A stretch of 64,000 nt of DNA, from contig DYDH01000002.1 of assembly GCA_020717985.1 (NCBI GenBank), forward strand, positions 43,135 to 107,134, written 5' to 3'. This DNA is from Herpetosiphon sp. (GTDB lineage: Bacteria > Chloroflexota > Anaerolineae > Anaerolineales > Villigracilaceae). Position numbers and translations under genes: made by a program. The notes under the pieces were generated by a model. That model was given only the letters and a program-made list of their open reading frames with translations. It did no database searches and was not told where the DNA came from. Shown here in pieces: positions 27,504 through 37,530 of the stretch (the first letter of the stretch is position 1; every line of letters begins with the position of its first letter).

Positions 27504-28706
27504 CTATTGCCCCGGCCATCCGATCTGGCCCTGCCCTTCACGCACAGCCCAGTAAATGATCCCGCCCCAATTCCAGGAACGTTGATAGCGTGGACTATCC
27601 ACGCGATTGTTATCGTCCATGCGCCGTATAGTCAGGTTGTTGTCCCAATAGGCATCGGGCGTTCCATCATTATTGATGTCGGCCATAAGAGCGGCAGGCA
27701 AGTCTTGCACAGCGGAAGGTGGAATCTCACCGCCACTGGATTGTCGTTTCCATTCATAGCCCACGATTTCCCTGTGTCCTGTTCCGCCTCCACAGTTATA
27801 GTTTCCGTTACCGCCTGGGCCGGACACACATCCCATTTCTGCCGTGTACTCGAAATAACGCAATTCCCAGAACAACTTATAGGGCGCGCGTCCACTGCCG
27901 ACAAACAGAGGAATATCACCGGGCAATTCATCCAATCCGCCAACACTTCCCGCCAGTGGTCCGCCACCAACAGCGGGATGAGAAGGCACTTCCCATTGGA
28001 TCATGGTGGGGTTGCCTGTTTCGCCTTGATTGGTAAGGATCAGGTCTCCAATGTGAGGAAGTGTCACAAACATTGGTCCCGCTGGTCGAAGAGTAAGAAT
28101 TAAACGTAAGTCTTGCCAGTCACCCTCCTGTGGATTGTTTGGCGAACCACCGCCATAGGGAATGTAATTCACACCGCCTGAACCGCTAGACTCTGGTTGA
28201 CCTCCATTACGAACAGCAGTCGGCCAGCGAACAAGAGTCGCGGGATAGGGTCGCACATCGAGATAGATTTCGGGAAAGGTGACACGTGCGCTCACTTTCC
28301 ATTCCGTATTTCCACAGGTGATGCCGCCCGCGCTTACTGTGAATGTTGTGCAGGGATGATCGGGTGGCGGTTCCGGTAATTCGCACGGCAGATCATCGAC
28401 AGCATCCCCTGCGGCTTCAGTCGGCTCGCCAGTGCAGTTATCGACCCACAATGGAAAAGCGCTGCAAGTACTGGTAGCGGCGTCATATTCGGTCACTTGA
28501 TAGACCAGATGTTCGCCGGGTGTGCATACGCCTCCATCTCCACCATCTCCACCGTCATCCCCACCATCGTCGTTCCCGCCACCGGTTGTGCAGAAGATAC
28601 TGCCATCCGGTTGAAAGGAACAAGATGGAGCGGATTGAGCTTGCACTGCATTCGGCTGAAACAAAAGCAATGCAGTCAGGATGAGGAGCAGACTCGCGCG
28701 CTTCAT
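27504..28706 (-). CDS. Secreted Cys/Gly/Pro-rich protein, candidate pilus adhesin
   Basis: Signal peptide (AVQA), paired cysteines, DINNDG calcium-binding-like loop, last gene of the pilin operon. Confidence 0.6.
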   Translation of the reverse strand: MKRASLLLILTALLLFQPNAVQAQSAPSCSFQPDGSIFCTTGGGNDDGGDDGGDGGDGGVCTPGEHLVYQVTEYDAATSTCSAFPLWVDNCTGEPTEAAGDAVDDLPCELPEPPPDHPCTTFTVSAGGITCGNTEWKVSARVTFPEIYLDVRPYPATLVRWPTAVRNGGQPESSGSGGVNYIPYGGGSPNNPQEGDWQDLRLILTLRPAGPMFVTLPHIGDLILTNQGETGNPTMIQWEVPSHPAVGGGPLAGSVGGLDELPGDIPLFVGSGRAPYKLFWELRYFEYTAEMGCVSGPGGNGNYNCGGGTGHREIVGYEWKRQSSGGEIPPSAVQDLPAALMADINNDGTPDAYWDNNLTIRRMDDNNRVDSPRYQRSWNWGGIIYWAVREGQGQIGWPGQ

Positions 28707-29731
28707 GGCGTTGCTCCATTTAGATCAAAGGACAATCCATTGAGAATAGCCTGCTTCTCGTTTTCATCGGTCATGGTCTGCCAGTTTTCGGGCGGGGGCT
28801 GCATCAGCAGATGATAGGTATTCATTAACCACTTTGCATCCCAGGGTTGGGAATCATATAGCGTGGCAAAGATCAGGCGTTCATCGGCACTTTTCTGCAA
28901 ATCAGTGATCTCGTGTTTGGGATTCTCCTGAGTTCCAAGCCACACCCAAGCGCCATCTGAAAGATAACCAAAGAGCAGGAAGGATCGCATGGGAGTGGCT
29001 GTTGAAGTATAGATATGCCCCCCCAATGAATAAACGATATGAGTGTTCTCGGCGTCTTCTATCACCAGGCAGATCACGGAGTAATCGCCGCCCCAGGTTT
29101 CCACACGATTGCCAACGACAGTGGAAGTTCTGAAACATCCACGCAAGGCATAGGTCACTGCGGCTTCATCATTGGCATTAATCCGCCATTCGGTGAAATC
29201 GGGATTTGGCGGAATGAAACTGACTGGCACTGCCATTAGATCTTTGGCATTAGCAGGAATGGTCACTTGATCCATTTGCCTCATCGGCATTTCAGTGAAG
29301 CCGAGTTGTTGCGTTGCTTCCGCTCGGCTGTATCCTTCCCGCACAGCCAGCGCCCAGGCAATTGTCTTTTCCAGACCCTGATACACACACGCGGGTTGGA
29401 TGACTTTGTAATTCTCGCTGATATAGGTTGACGTGAGCGACCAGTCTGCCGAATCGGTTGGACACCCGTAATGTGTTTCATCTCCTAATTGAATGGTTGC
29501 AATTGGTTCAACTTCCAATGTTTCAGTAGCTTCTGTAGTTAATGAAACAGACACCGGCGTGGCTTGCACCCTGCTCATCAACAGATACCGATTGAGTCCA
29601 GCCATGCCTCCTGCCACCAAAAGCAGAAGCAGGATCAGTCCGGTCATGACCGTAAAGACGCGCGGTTGTCTCTTCCCGGCAAGGTCTTTATAGGTCAATC
29701 CATCCAGGATTGTTTTCCAAAGTGACTTCAT
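28703..29731 (-). CDS. Single-TM anchored extracytoplasmic hypothetical protein
   Basis: N-terminal TM, Thr-rich linker, four cysteines, GGAG RBS. Confidence 0.7.
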   Translation of the reverse strand: MKSLWKTILDGLTYKDLAGKRQPRVFTVMTGLILLLLLVAGGMAGLNRYLLMSRVQATPVSVSLTTEATETLEVEPIATIQLGDETHYGCPTDSADWSLTSTYISENYKVIQPACVYQGLEKTIAWALAVREGYSRAEATQQLGFTEMPMRQMDQVTIPANAKDLMAVPVSFIPPNPDFTEWRINANDEAAVTYALRGCFRTSTVVGNRVETWGGDYSVICLVIEDAENTHIVYSLGGHIYTSTATPMRSFLLFGYLSDGAWVWLGTQENPKHEITDLQKSADERLIFATLYDSQPWDAKWLMNTYHLLMQPPPENWQTMTDENEKQAILNGLSFDLNGATP

Positions 29732-29745
29732 TGTTCTCCAAAAAA

Positions 29746-30162
29746 TTATTGATCGCCGCGCGTGACGCCATGCGCCAGATAGCCGATGGCGCGCACCGTC
29801 ACCCAGCGGGCAGGTAGTAAATATCCTGCGGAGCGGGTTTGGGCTGTTACAAAACAGGCCGGTCGTCCCTGATGTCTTCCACAGGATACAGAGATGAGTT
29901 GGGCGTAACCCGGTCGTTGGGCGTTGAAATACATGGCGGCAATGCCGTTGCCGCCTGTTGTTGCGGTTATCGTGCCATCCGGTAAGACTGTGATCTCCTG
30001 CGCGCCCGCATGTGCGGCAAGATCTGCGGCGGCCACGGTCTCCATCACGCGCACATTAGTCACCATGTAATCCAGAATGCCCAGCAGGAACAAAGACATC
30101 AAGGGCATCAGGATCGCAAACAACAGAATAGACTGACCGCGTTCATTTCGTTTATGTTTCAT
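29746..30162 (-). CDS. TadG/TadE-like pseudopilin
   Basis: ERGQSILLFAIL and AADLAAHAGA. Confidence 0.8.
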   Translation of the reverse strand: MKHKRNERGQSILLFAILMPLMSLFLLGILDYMVTNVRVMETVAAADLAAHAGAQEITVLPDGTITATTGGNGIAAMYFNAQRPGYAQLISVSCGRHQGRPACFVTAQTRSAGYLLPARWVTVRAIGYLAHGVTRGDQ

Positions 30163-30590
30163 TGCCACCTTGCCTTCCAGGTTTCGGAACGCGAAATGAA
30201 CCACTCGCTATTCCAGCCTCCGGCACCCAGTCCAAGCAATCCATTGAACAAGGTCGGCGCTTGAAAGGAAACCAAACAGCGACCTGGTAGACCGGGACCG
30301 CTGGGCGGTGAGACCTGCACTCGATATTGCACACCTGCCGTGGCAGACCAATCGGCGTTCAATGTTCTCCATGCCACATTCACTGCGTTGCGTTTCGCCC
30401 TGGCTGGATCAGGCGATTGGGATAGGAACTGAGTACAGGCATATGCGGCGGCAGTCGCAGCGGAACGGGCGCGATGTGTGGGTATCCAAGCCAGCAAGCC
30501 AAAGGCCATGAGTACAGCCAATATTGCAAACAGGGCGGTCTCTGCCAATGCCTGGCCGCGTTCCCCTCGACGATGAGGAACAGTTTTCAT
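30159..30590 (-). CDS. TadE-like pseudopilin
   Basis: ERGQALAETAL, ATGA overlaps on both sides. Confidence 0.8.
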   Translation of the reverse strand: MKTVPHRRGERGQALAETALFAILAVLMAFGLLAWIPTHRARSAATAAAYACTQFLSQSPDPARAKRNAVNVAWRTLNADWSATAGVQYRVQVSPPSGPGLPGRCLVSFQAPTLFNGLLGLGAGGWNSEWFISRSETWKARWQ

Positions 30591-30979
30591 TCGATGCCTC
30601 CAGCAGGAGGAGGGCCGGGATAGAAACGCCACAAACGAAAATAGGTGGCTGCGCGTTGCGCTTCGATTAAGTGGATGCCGAATATCCAATCGCGCGAATC
30701 CTCCACAGTGATCAACGAACGCACCTGGCGCGCACCATTCTGACTTGCGTTGATGCGGTCTGCCAGATCCGGCCACAAGACATTGTCTCTGGCGTGTTCG
30801 GTTGCAGGAGTGTTATACGATCCGGTTGCAACTCCTGTAATGAACACGCCCCAATCCGTGGAGGCTGAACGAAAGGCATAGAACGCGGCGAAGGTCATGC
30901 CGAACAGAAGCAGAATCAGGACTGGCATAATCAGCGCGAACTCTGCCATCGTCTGTCCCTTTTCTTTCCAGCGAAACAT
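30587..30979 (-). CDS. tadE: TadE-family pseudopilin
   Basis: EKGQTMAEFALIMPVLILLLFG. Confidence 0.85.
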   Translation of the reverse strand: MFRWKEKGQTMAEFALIMPVLILLLFGMTFAAFYAFRSASTDWGVFITGVATGSYNTPATEHARDNVLWPDLADRINASQNGARQVRSLITVEDSRDWIFGIHLIEAQRAATYFRLWRFYPGPPPAGGIE

Positions 30980-31159
30980 TTATCCGCCTCGCGCCATACG
31001 CAGGGCATCAATGCCCGCCTGGAAGGCCGCAATCAATTCGGTCTTGTATTGGGCGATCACGGCGATGGCGACCACGCCCACCGCGCCCAGGATCAGGGCA
31101 TACTCGGCAAAGTCCTGACCATCTTCTTCGCGTATAAATCGTTTCAATAATTTGAACAT
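30980..31159 (-). CDS. flp: Flp (type IVc) major pilin, 59 aa
   Basis: Hand translation (absent from the ORF track): MFKLLKRFIREEDGQDFAEYALILGAVGVVAIAVIAQYKTELIAAFQAGIDALRMARGG, with AAGGAG RBS. Confidence 0.9.
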   Translation of the reverse strand: MFKLLKRFIREEDGQDFAEYALILGAVGVVAIAVIAQYKTELIAAFQAGIDALRMARGG

Positions 31160-31174
31160 GTGAATCTCCTTTTG

Positions 31175-31213
31175 AAATAAAAAATCGGCTGGCAGAATGT
31201 TCTGCCAGCCGAT
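31175..31213 (-). terminator. Intrinsic terminator-like hairpin just upstream of flp
   Basis: ATCGGCTGGCAGAA/TTCTGCCAGCCGAT inverted repeat followed by a T-run on the minus strand. Confidence 0.7.
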
Positions 31214-31333
31214 ATGATATAGATTCGCGTAAAGGGGATTATGCCTGGTGTCGCTTATCTTTGTTTTTGCGTATCTGTTTTATGAGTCCCCTTTTTGATT
31301 GTCGGAATTGATACCGGAAATGACCACGGTAAT

Positions 31334-34300
31334 CTATGGACCTAGCAACTCCTTATATTTTTGAAAATCCGCATCAGCCTCGGCTTGCATTCCTAATGCT
31401 TGATAGGCTTCCCCTCGCTTTTGATAAGCCAGAGTATAGTTAACACCATCTTGAACCTCATTTCCAGTTATTCTATTGATCGCTTCCGTAAAATCTGCAA
31501 TGGCTTTTTCATACTCACCACGAGACAAATAGATTTCGCCGCGATAATAATAGGTTTTAAAGTAATCTGGATTAAATCGAACAGCCTGATTAAAATCTTC
31601 GAATGCTTCTTCGTATTCGCCCAACCTTCCATAAGCATAGCCTCTCCAATTATAAGAATTTGCAAGGGTAGATGTGAGGCGAATGGCTTCCGTGCAGTCT
31701 TCTATGGCTTTTTGAAATTCTCCCAAAAAGTCGTAGGCGCTGCAACGATTATTGTACAAAGTATCGCTCGGCATATCGCTCGGCTGGGAAAGTCGAATGG
31801 CTTCCGTGTAATCTACGACTGATTTTTCATATTCGCCAAAGTTGTAATAAAGAAGCGCACGATTAGAGTAGGCATCAGCATTTGTAGGATTAAGATTGAT
31901 GTATATAGTATGCTCTTCCGCATAATCGACAAAGGCTTTCTCATCTTTGCCAAGTTTAGCATAGACGTCACCACGGCCTTTGTAGGCTTTGGCATACTTT
32001 GGGTCACGGAGAATAGCCTCGGTATAGTCTGCAATGGCTTTCTCATATTCCCCAAGGCTGTAGTAAGCAAAGCCTCGTCCGCTGAATTCATCTGCAGTTT
32101 TCGGGCTGATTGTATCAATTGCAACGTTATAGCATAAGATATTTCCACAGTAATGAGTATATTCAGGATCGATTCTAATGGCTTCTTTATAATCTTCCAC
32201 CGCTTTGTCGTGCTCGCCAAGATCATTATAGATGTCGCCGCGATGAATATAAAGAATACTGCTGTTAGGGTGAAGATGAATTTCTGTAGTCAGGCATAAA
32301 GGAGTGCTGCTCATTTGTGCCTCGCATATGGGCACATCTGATTTCCGTAAAGGACTTGCTGCAGTGTAATCCGCCGTAGCTTTATCATATTCGCCAATCT
32401 TTTCATAAGCGCCACCACGCGCCATGTAAGCAGAAGCATGGTTTGGATCAATACGAATGGCTTCAGTATAATCTGCGACGGCCTCCCTGTATTTCTCCAG
32501 TTTCAAGTAAATATTACCCCGATCATAGTAAACACTAAATTGACTTGGATCTATTTTTATGGATGCGGTGTAGTCTGCAATTGCTTTTTCATATTCTTTG
32601 GAATCGTAATAGGCCCGACCACGTCTGTAATATATTGTTGCATCATTAGGATTTAGACTAACAGCTGCAATGTAACATGAAATGTTATCGCATTTTTCAG
32701 CGTAATCAGGTTGAAGGCGGATAGCCTCTGTGTAATCCGCAATGGCTTTCTCATATTCGCTCCGGTTATAATAAACACTACCGCGAGCCGCATAGATAAA
32801 AGCAATTTTTGGATCAAGTTCAATCTCAGTCGTGAGATACAATAGATTATCAGATGTTATATGCCCAGGCAAAAACGAACGAATGGCATCCTTATAATCT
32901 GCGATAGCCTTGTCGGTTTTGCCAAGTTTTTCATAGACCTCGCCACGAGACATGTAAGCGTTGCCCAAAACACCCGGGGGTAATGGATCATCTGTTATGC
33001 GCAGTCTGTTAATATATCTTGTGTAATCATCAATAGCCTTCTCGTATTCGCCAATATTTTCATACGCAATACTTCGATAGGAATAAACAAAATAGTTCGT
33101 TGGGTCAATACGTATGACTGCGGAATAATCTATGATGGATTTTTCGTATTCTTTATTATTAAAATATAAGTATCCACGACGCTCATAGGCGGTAGGAATA
33201 CGCGGATCCAAACGAATGGCTTCAGAGTAGTCGGTAATTGCTTCACTGTATTTGCCAAGCCCTTCATACGCATTGCCGCGATTTGCGTAATCTTGAATAG
33301 TGGACGGATGTAAATTATTTATAGCCGCAGTGTAACATGGTATATTGTTGCAATAACGCGCAGAATTCGGATCTAAAAGAATAATTTTTTCATAGTCAAC
33401 CATAGCCTTCTCATATTCACCGAGGTTATTGTAAAAATCACCTCGCCCCTTGCGGGTCTCTGTATTAGACGGATCAATTCGGATGGATTCAGTGTAGTCG
33501 GCAAGCGCCTTCTCAGTTTCGCCTTTTGCCTCATAAACGCGACCACGATAATAATATGCTAAAGCGTACTGTGCGTCGATACGAATGGCATGATCGTAGT
33601 CTGCAATGGCGCGATCGTATTCTTCAAGGGAATAATAAGCGTCGCCACGATTGACGTAGGCTAAAGCATCGTTCGGATCAAGTTCGATTCTTGCGGTGAG
33701 GGTTTCGACATCCACGGCGATTTGCGCATCATAGCACAGTCCATAACAATCCCTAGGCGAATCCGACAAACGGTTGGCTGACAAACGGTTGGCTTGAGAA
33801 TAATCTGCCATCGCCTTTTCATCTTCGCCGTTTTTCTCGTAAACTTTACCGCGGCTCATATAAGCGTGGAAGTCCTCAGGATTGCGGTTAATGATCGCAG
33901 TATAGTCAGCAATGGCATTCTCGTATTCGTCCAACAGGGTATAGACTTCACCGCGAGAATAATAAGCAGCTATGTTGTTTGGATCAATATGGATTATCTC
34001 TGAAAAATCTGCGACCGCTTCTTTATATTTGCCTAATTTCTTATATGCATTACCACGATATTCATAAGTTGTGGGATCATTAGGTTTTAGTACATTAATG
34101 ACTGCGGCATAGCACGAGATAGTTTTACAACTCCATCCACTAGCATAATATGAATCCAAGCGAATGGCCTCGGTATAGTCCGCAACGGCTTTTTCGTTTT
34201 CGCCAAGGATGTTATAGATATCGCCACGTGCCATGTAAATAGGGGCGTATTTAGGATCAATGTGGATGGATTCAGTGTAATCTGCAACAGCTTTCTCATG

Positions 34301-37267
34301 TTCGCTATTTTTTTCATAGGCATCGCCGCGATACTCATAGGAAACAGCATCATTTGGGTTGAAATTATTGAAAACCGCGGTATAGCATAGATCTGTTTTG
34401 CAATTGTTCACAAAATACGATTCTAATCGGAAGGCTTCCGCGTAATCCTCGACGGATTTCTCGTTTTCGCCAATTTTTTCATAGAATTCGCCGCGACGAT
34501 AATAGGCATATGCATATTCCGAGTTGGCATGAATAGCTTCTGTATAATCTGCCACAGCTTTTTCGTTTTCATCGGTTTCTTCATAGAATTCGCCTCGAGC
34601 CACGTATGCCTCGGCGGTATATTTTGAGTTGACTCGAATGGCTTCCGTGTAGTCCGCAATGGCTTTCTCGTACTCGCCATTTTCTTTATAGGCATAGCCA
34701 CGTAGCAGGTAGGCGTAGGTAAACTCTGGGTCAAGGCGAATGGCTTCGCTAAAATCTATAATGGCTTGCTGCTTTTCGCTTTGATTAAGATAGGCAATTC
34801 CACGCTGGACTGTGATCGCGGGAGAATTCGAAAAAACCTTTAATAGCGTAGTATTCAGAGATATTCCAGATTCTCCGTAAAACCAATAGCGAAAGTCGGC
34901 ATAAGGTATCAGCACAAAAAATGCAACCGAGAGAATTAGAATTGAAAGAAAAACCGCAGATTTCCCAATAAATCCGCGCCATTTTCGGAATGTAGACTTA
35001 GCTGAATTGGGAGGGGTAGTGTTAAGGACATCAGTCCATTCTCCCTGGCCTACCCCAAGAATTCCCATGACCTTTTGAATATCACCGGGAATAATCTTGT
35101 CCGACGAAAACGCCAGTCTGCAATTATCCTGACCATCCTGTATTTTCCCCTGCTTGATCTGCGCTAATCCCAATACCCAGTGGGCAATTAGCAAATCGGG
35201 CATCTCTTTCAAGGCTTTCCCTGCGAGTTGTTCCGCGCTTTCATATTCTTCAAGGAAAAGGTGGAGCAATGCCTGACGTTCCTTGGCACGGGTGACATTA
35301 TTTGAGCGGTGATACAATCCCTGACTCGCCTTGAATAATTCCAACGCGTCGCGGAAGTTTTCCTCATCGGTTTCTATCTTCCCCAACATAAAGACCGGCG
35401 CGGGGTGGTCAGGGGCGATGCTTTGCGCCAGTATCGCCAGTTTGCGGGCAGGGCTGAATTCGCCATTTACCCGCAGTTGCTCGGCAAGTTCGAGATAGCG
35501 ATCCATTACTATGTGCGAAGCGTTCGAGACAAACCTTTTCTCCTGAATTTCTCCCGCATAATTTTGGGCATCCCAATTATGGGTATTTCCATTTCCTTCG
35601 AACTGATTTTCATACGGGCGCAGTTCATCCCCACGCACAGGAATTGTGGTGTCCAGTAGGAAATCCAAATCTTTTTTGGTTCTACGTAAACCCCAATTCC
35701 TCAAAACATTCACGGTTGTATAAAATGCAAAAGGAATTAACAAAGCCCAAAGGGGCGACAAGCAAAGCAGCTGATAGCCCCGGCTGTCTGGCAGCGTTTC
35801 AAAAAAGTCAATCTGAATATCTCCGGGAACAAAGCGCAACAGCGCATAGATCAAGAGATACAGTAGCAAAATTCCGGCAATTGAAATCAACGCCCACCCT
35901 TTGCGCCGCTGTTTTGCATTCCGATACCAGTTGAACATCGGCGACATATCAAACCAATTTTGCAGTTTCGCGATCAATCCCAAAGCAGAAAGCATTCCCT
36001 TGCCCAACGCCATTTCGGCAGCCAGTTGGGCGATCAATTCAGGTCGCAGGGAAATATTATGAGACTGCATAAAATCTATGGCAGCATAAACAGGCTTTAT
36101 ACGCGGATTTGAAGCGGCAAGTTCCTCATAACGCTTGCGCCACGTGTGCTTAAGCGAACCTTCGAATGTTTTGATCTCATTTGGCGTGATGGTTGTGATT
36201 TTCTGGCTGAGCCAGCCACGAAACGCCAGCGCTAGATTCAAAAACGTCCCGTTATTTTTCTCTGCAAGCGTCTTCGCCAGTTCCGGTTCAATGGCGATTC
36301 CGGATGTCTTTGACAATTCGGTGATGACTTCCAACGCTTTTTCCGTAGAAAGCGGATTCAATTGAATGAGTTCGAATTTATTCCACGGAGTTTGCGCCGG
36401 GTCAAATTTCAACTTCTCCCAAAATTCTTCCTCCTGCCGTGCGGTGGCAACCACGCTTATTTCTCCCCGATTATGGCAGATCTCCTGAAAAAATTTCAGG
36501 GTCTCGTCCAGTCTTTTAAGGGAAGCGGCATTGCCGAGATAGCGGTCAATGTCGTCAAAAAAGATAACCAGATTGCGCAGCGGCAGGTTCTCCGGGATTT
36601 TAAAGGGCGGGTATAAACCTACGTGACTCCTGACCACCAATACTGTCGGACCCGAATACCACCAGCGCCGCAGCATTTCGCACGCTTCGCGCGTCTTGCC
36701 TGTTTTGCTCCCGCCGCGAATCAAGACCATACCCCTGCCCTGCAAGGCTGCATCCGCTTCGGAGGAAATTTGCGGCAGATATTTTATGTCACGATCTGGA
36801 AGCAAAGGCGTCTTCGGGTCTGGAAACAGATAGGCGAGCAATTTATCGAAATCTTGATAGACGTAAAAAGGAAATTCCTCGACGTTCGTTTTCGCCGCCC
36901 GCGAACCGAACAGGTCGCGCATATTTACCCCTGTCAACTCAACAATAGAACTCAGCACCGCAATGAAACTGATGACCCACTGCCCAAACTGAAATAGAAC
37001 TCTGGTAATGTCTGTGCCTTGTTGTTCCTGTGGAATTTGCGGCTCTTGCTGACCTTCCGGTAAATCCTGCGCATCCTGCCCGTCCAGCGGCTGCGCTTGA
37101 GTAATCTCCTGTGGCTTGGGCTGTGCACTGACTTCTGGCTGCGTAAATAGGGATACCAATAAACCAATGACGACAGCCACGATGACAACAATCGCCAAAA
37201 TCCGCCTGCGTCGGCGATACAAAGGCTCGATCAGTTGAGATGATCCTTGATCAGCGCTCAGTTCCAT
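31334..37267 (-). CDS. Membrane-anchored P-loop NTPase with very long TPR array (1977 aa)
   Basis: N-terminal TMs, GGSKTGKT, VIFFDDID, further TMs, then many AYxxRG...A..DY.EAI..DP repeats. Confidence 0.85.
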   Translation of the reverse strand: MELSADQGSSQLIEPLYRRRRRILAIVVIVAVVIGLLVSLFTQPEVSAQPKPQEITQAQPLDGQDAQDLPEGQQEPQIPQEQQGTDITRVLFQFGQWVISFIAVLSSIVELTGVNMRDLFGSRAAKTNVEEFPFYVYQDFDKLLAYLFPDPKTPLLPDRDIKYLPQISSEADAALQGRGMVLIRGGSKTGKTREACEMLRRWWYSGPTVLVVRSHVGLYPPFKIPENLPLRNLVIFFDDIDRYLGNAASLKRLDETLKFFQEICHNRGEISVVATARQEEEFWEKLKFDPAQTPWNKFELIQLNPLSTEKALEVITELSKTSGIAIEPELAKTLAEKNNGTFLNLALAFRGWLSQKITTITPNEIKTFEGSLKHTWRKRYEELAASNPRIKPVYAAIDFMQSHNISLRPELIAQLAAEMALGKGMLSALGLIAKLQNWFDMSPMFNWYRNAKQRRKGWALISIAGILLLYLLIYALLRFVPGDIQIDFFETLPDSRGYQLLCLSPLWALLIPFAFYTTVNVLRNWGLRRTKKDLDFLLDTTIPVRGDELRPYENQFEGNGNTHNWDAQNYAGEIQEKRFVSNASHIVMDRYLELAEQLRVNGEFSPARKLAILAQSIAPDHPAPVFMLGKIETDEENFRDALELFKASQGLYHRSNNVTRAKERQALLHLFLEEYESAEQLAGKALKEMPDLLIAHWVLGLAQIKQGKIQDGQDNCRLAFSSDKIIPGDIQKVMGILGVGQGEWTDVLNTTPPNSAKSTFRKWRGFIGKSAVFLSILILSVAFFVLIPYADFRYWFYGESGISLNTTLLKVFSNSPAITVQRGIAYLNQSEKQQAIIDFSEAIRLDPEFTYAYLLRGYAYKENGEYEKAIADYTEAIRVNSKYTAEAYVARGEFYEETDENEKAVADYTEAIHANSEYAYAYYRRGEFYEKIGENEKSVEDYAEAFRLESYFVNNCKTDLCYTAVFNNFNPNDAVSYEYRGDAYEKNSEHEKAVADYTESIHIDPKYAPIYMARGDIYNILGENEKAVADYTEAIRLDSYYASGWSCKTISCYAAVINVLKPNDPTTYEYRGNAYKKLGKYKEAVADFSEIIHIDPNNIAAYYSRGEVYTLLDEYENAIADYTAIINRNPEDFHAYMSRGKVYEKNGEDEKAMADYSQANRLSANRLSDSPRDCYGLCYDAQIAVDVETLTARIELDPNDALAYVNRGDAYYSLEEYDRAIADYDHAIRIDAQYALAYYYRGRVYEAKGETEKALADYTESIRIDPSNTETRKGRGDFYNNLGEYEKAMVDYEKIILLDPNSARYCNNIPCYTAAINNLHPSTIQDYANRGNAYEGLGKYSEAITDYSEAIRLDPRIPTAYERRGYLYFNNKEYEKSIIDYSAVIRIDPTNYFVYSYRSIAYENIGEYEKAIDDYTRYINRLRITDDPLPPGVLGNAYMSRGEVYEKLGKTDKAIADYKDAIRSFLPGHITSDNLLYLTTEIELDPKIAFIYAARGSVYYNRSEYEKAIADYTEAIRLQPDYAEKCDNISCYIAAVSLNPNDATIYYRRGRAYYDSKEYEKAIADYTASIKIDPSQFSVYYDRGNIYLKLEKYREAVADYTEAIRIDPNHASAYMARGGAYEKIGEYDKATADYTAASPLRKSDVPICEAQMSSTPLCLTTEIHLHPNSSILYIHRGDIYNDLGEHDKAVEDYKEAIRIDPEYTHYCGNILCYNVAIDTISPKTADEFSGRGFAYYSLGEYEKAIADYTEAILRDPKYAKAYKGRGDVYAKLGKDEKAFVDYAEEHTIYINLNPTNADAYSNRALLYYNFGEYEKSVVDYTEAIRLSQPSDMPSDTLYNNRCSAYDFLGEFQKAIEDCTEAIRLTSTLANSYNWRGYAYGRLGEYEEAFEDFNQAVRFNPDYFKTYYYRGEIYLSRGEYEKAIADFTEAINRITGNEVQDGVNYTLAYQKRGEAYQALGMQAEADADFQKYKELLGP

Positions 37268-37530
37268 AAGTCCTCGCTATTTCATGCCTGGGCTATTCAA
37301 TTTACGCGCGGCGCTTTGGAAATCATTCCTGCTTGCGCCGTGATTTAATTATACCCAATGTCAGGCAAGCCTGATTCCTGATCTACGTATCTGAGCGCTC
37401 AGAGTATCCCTTTTATTCCTCCTACAGAATACCTACGGAATTCCCGCTATTATTTTGCATGCCTGGTTTGTTAACCGCCAACTTTTTCAAATCTCCAAAA
37501 AGATTCTTGGGCAGGAGAAAAGTTTCGTAA

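Noticed and set aside
33765-33795. 15-bp tandem duplication (ANRLS ANRLS) in the TPR gene
   Set aside because: A single in-frame duplication with no sign of a wider pattern.
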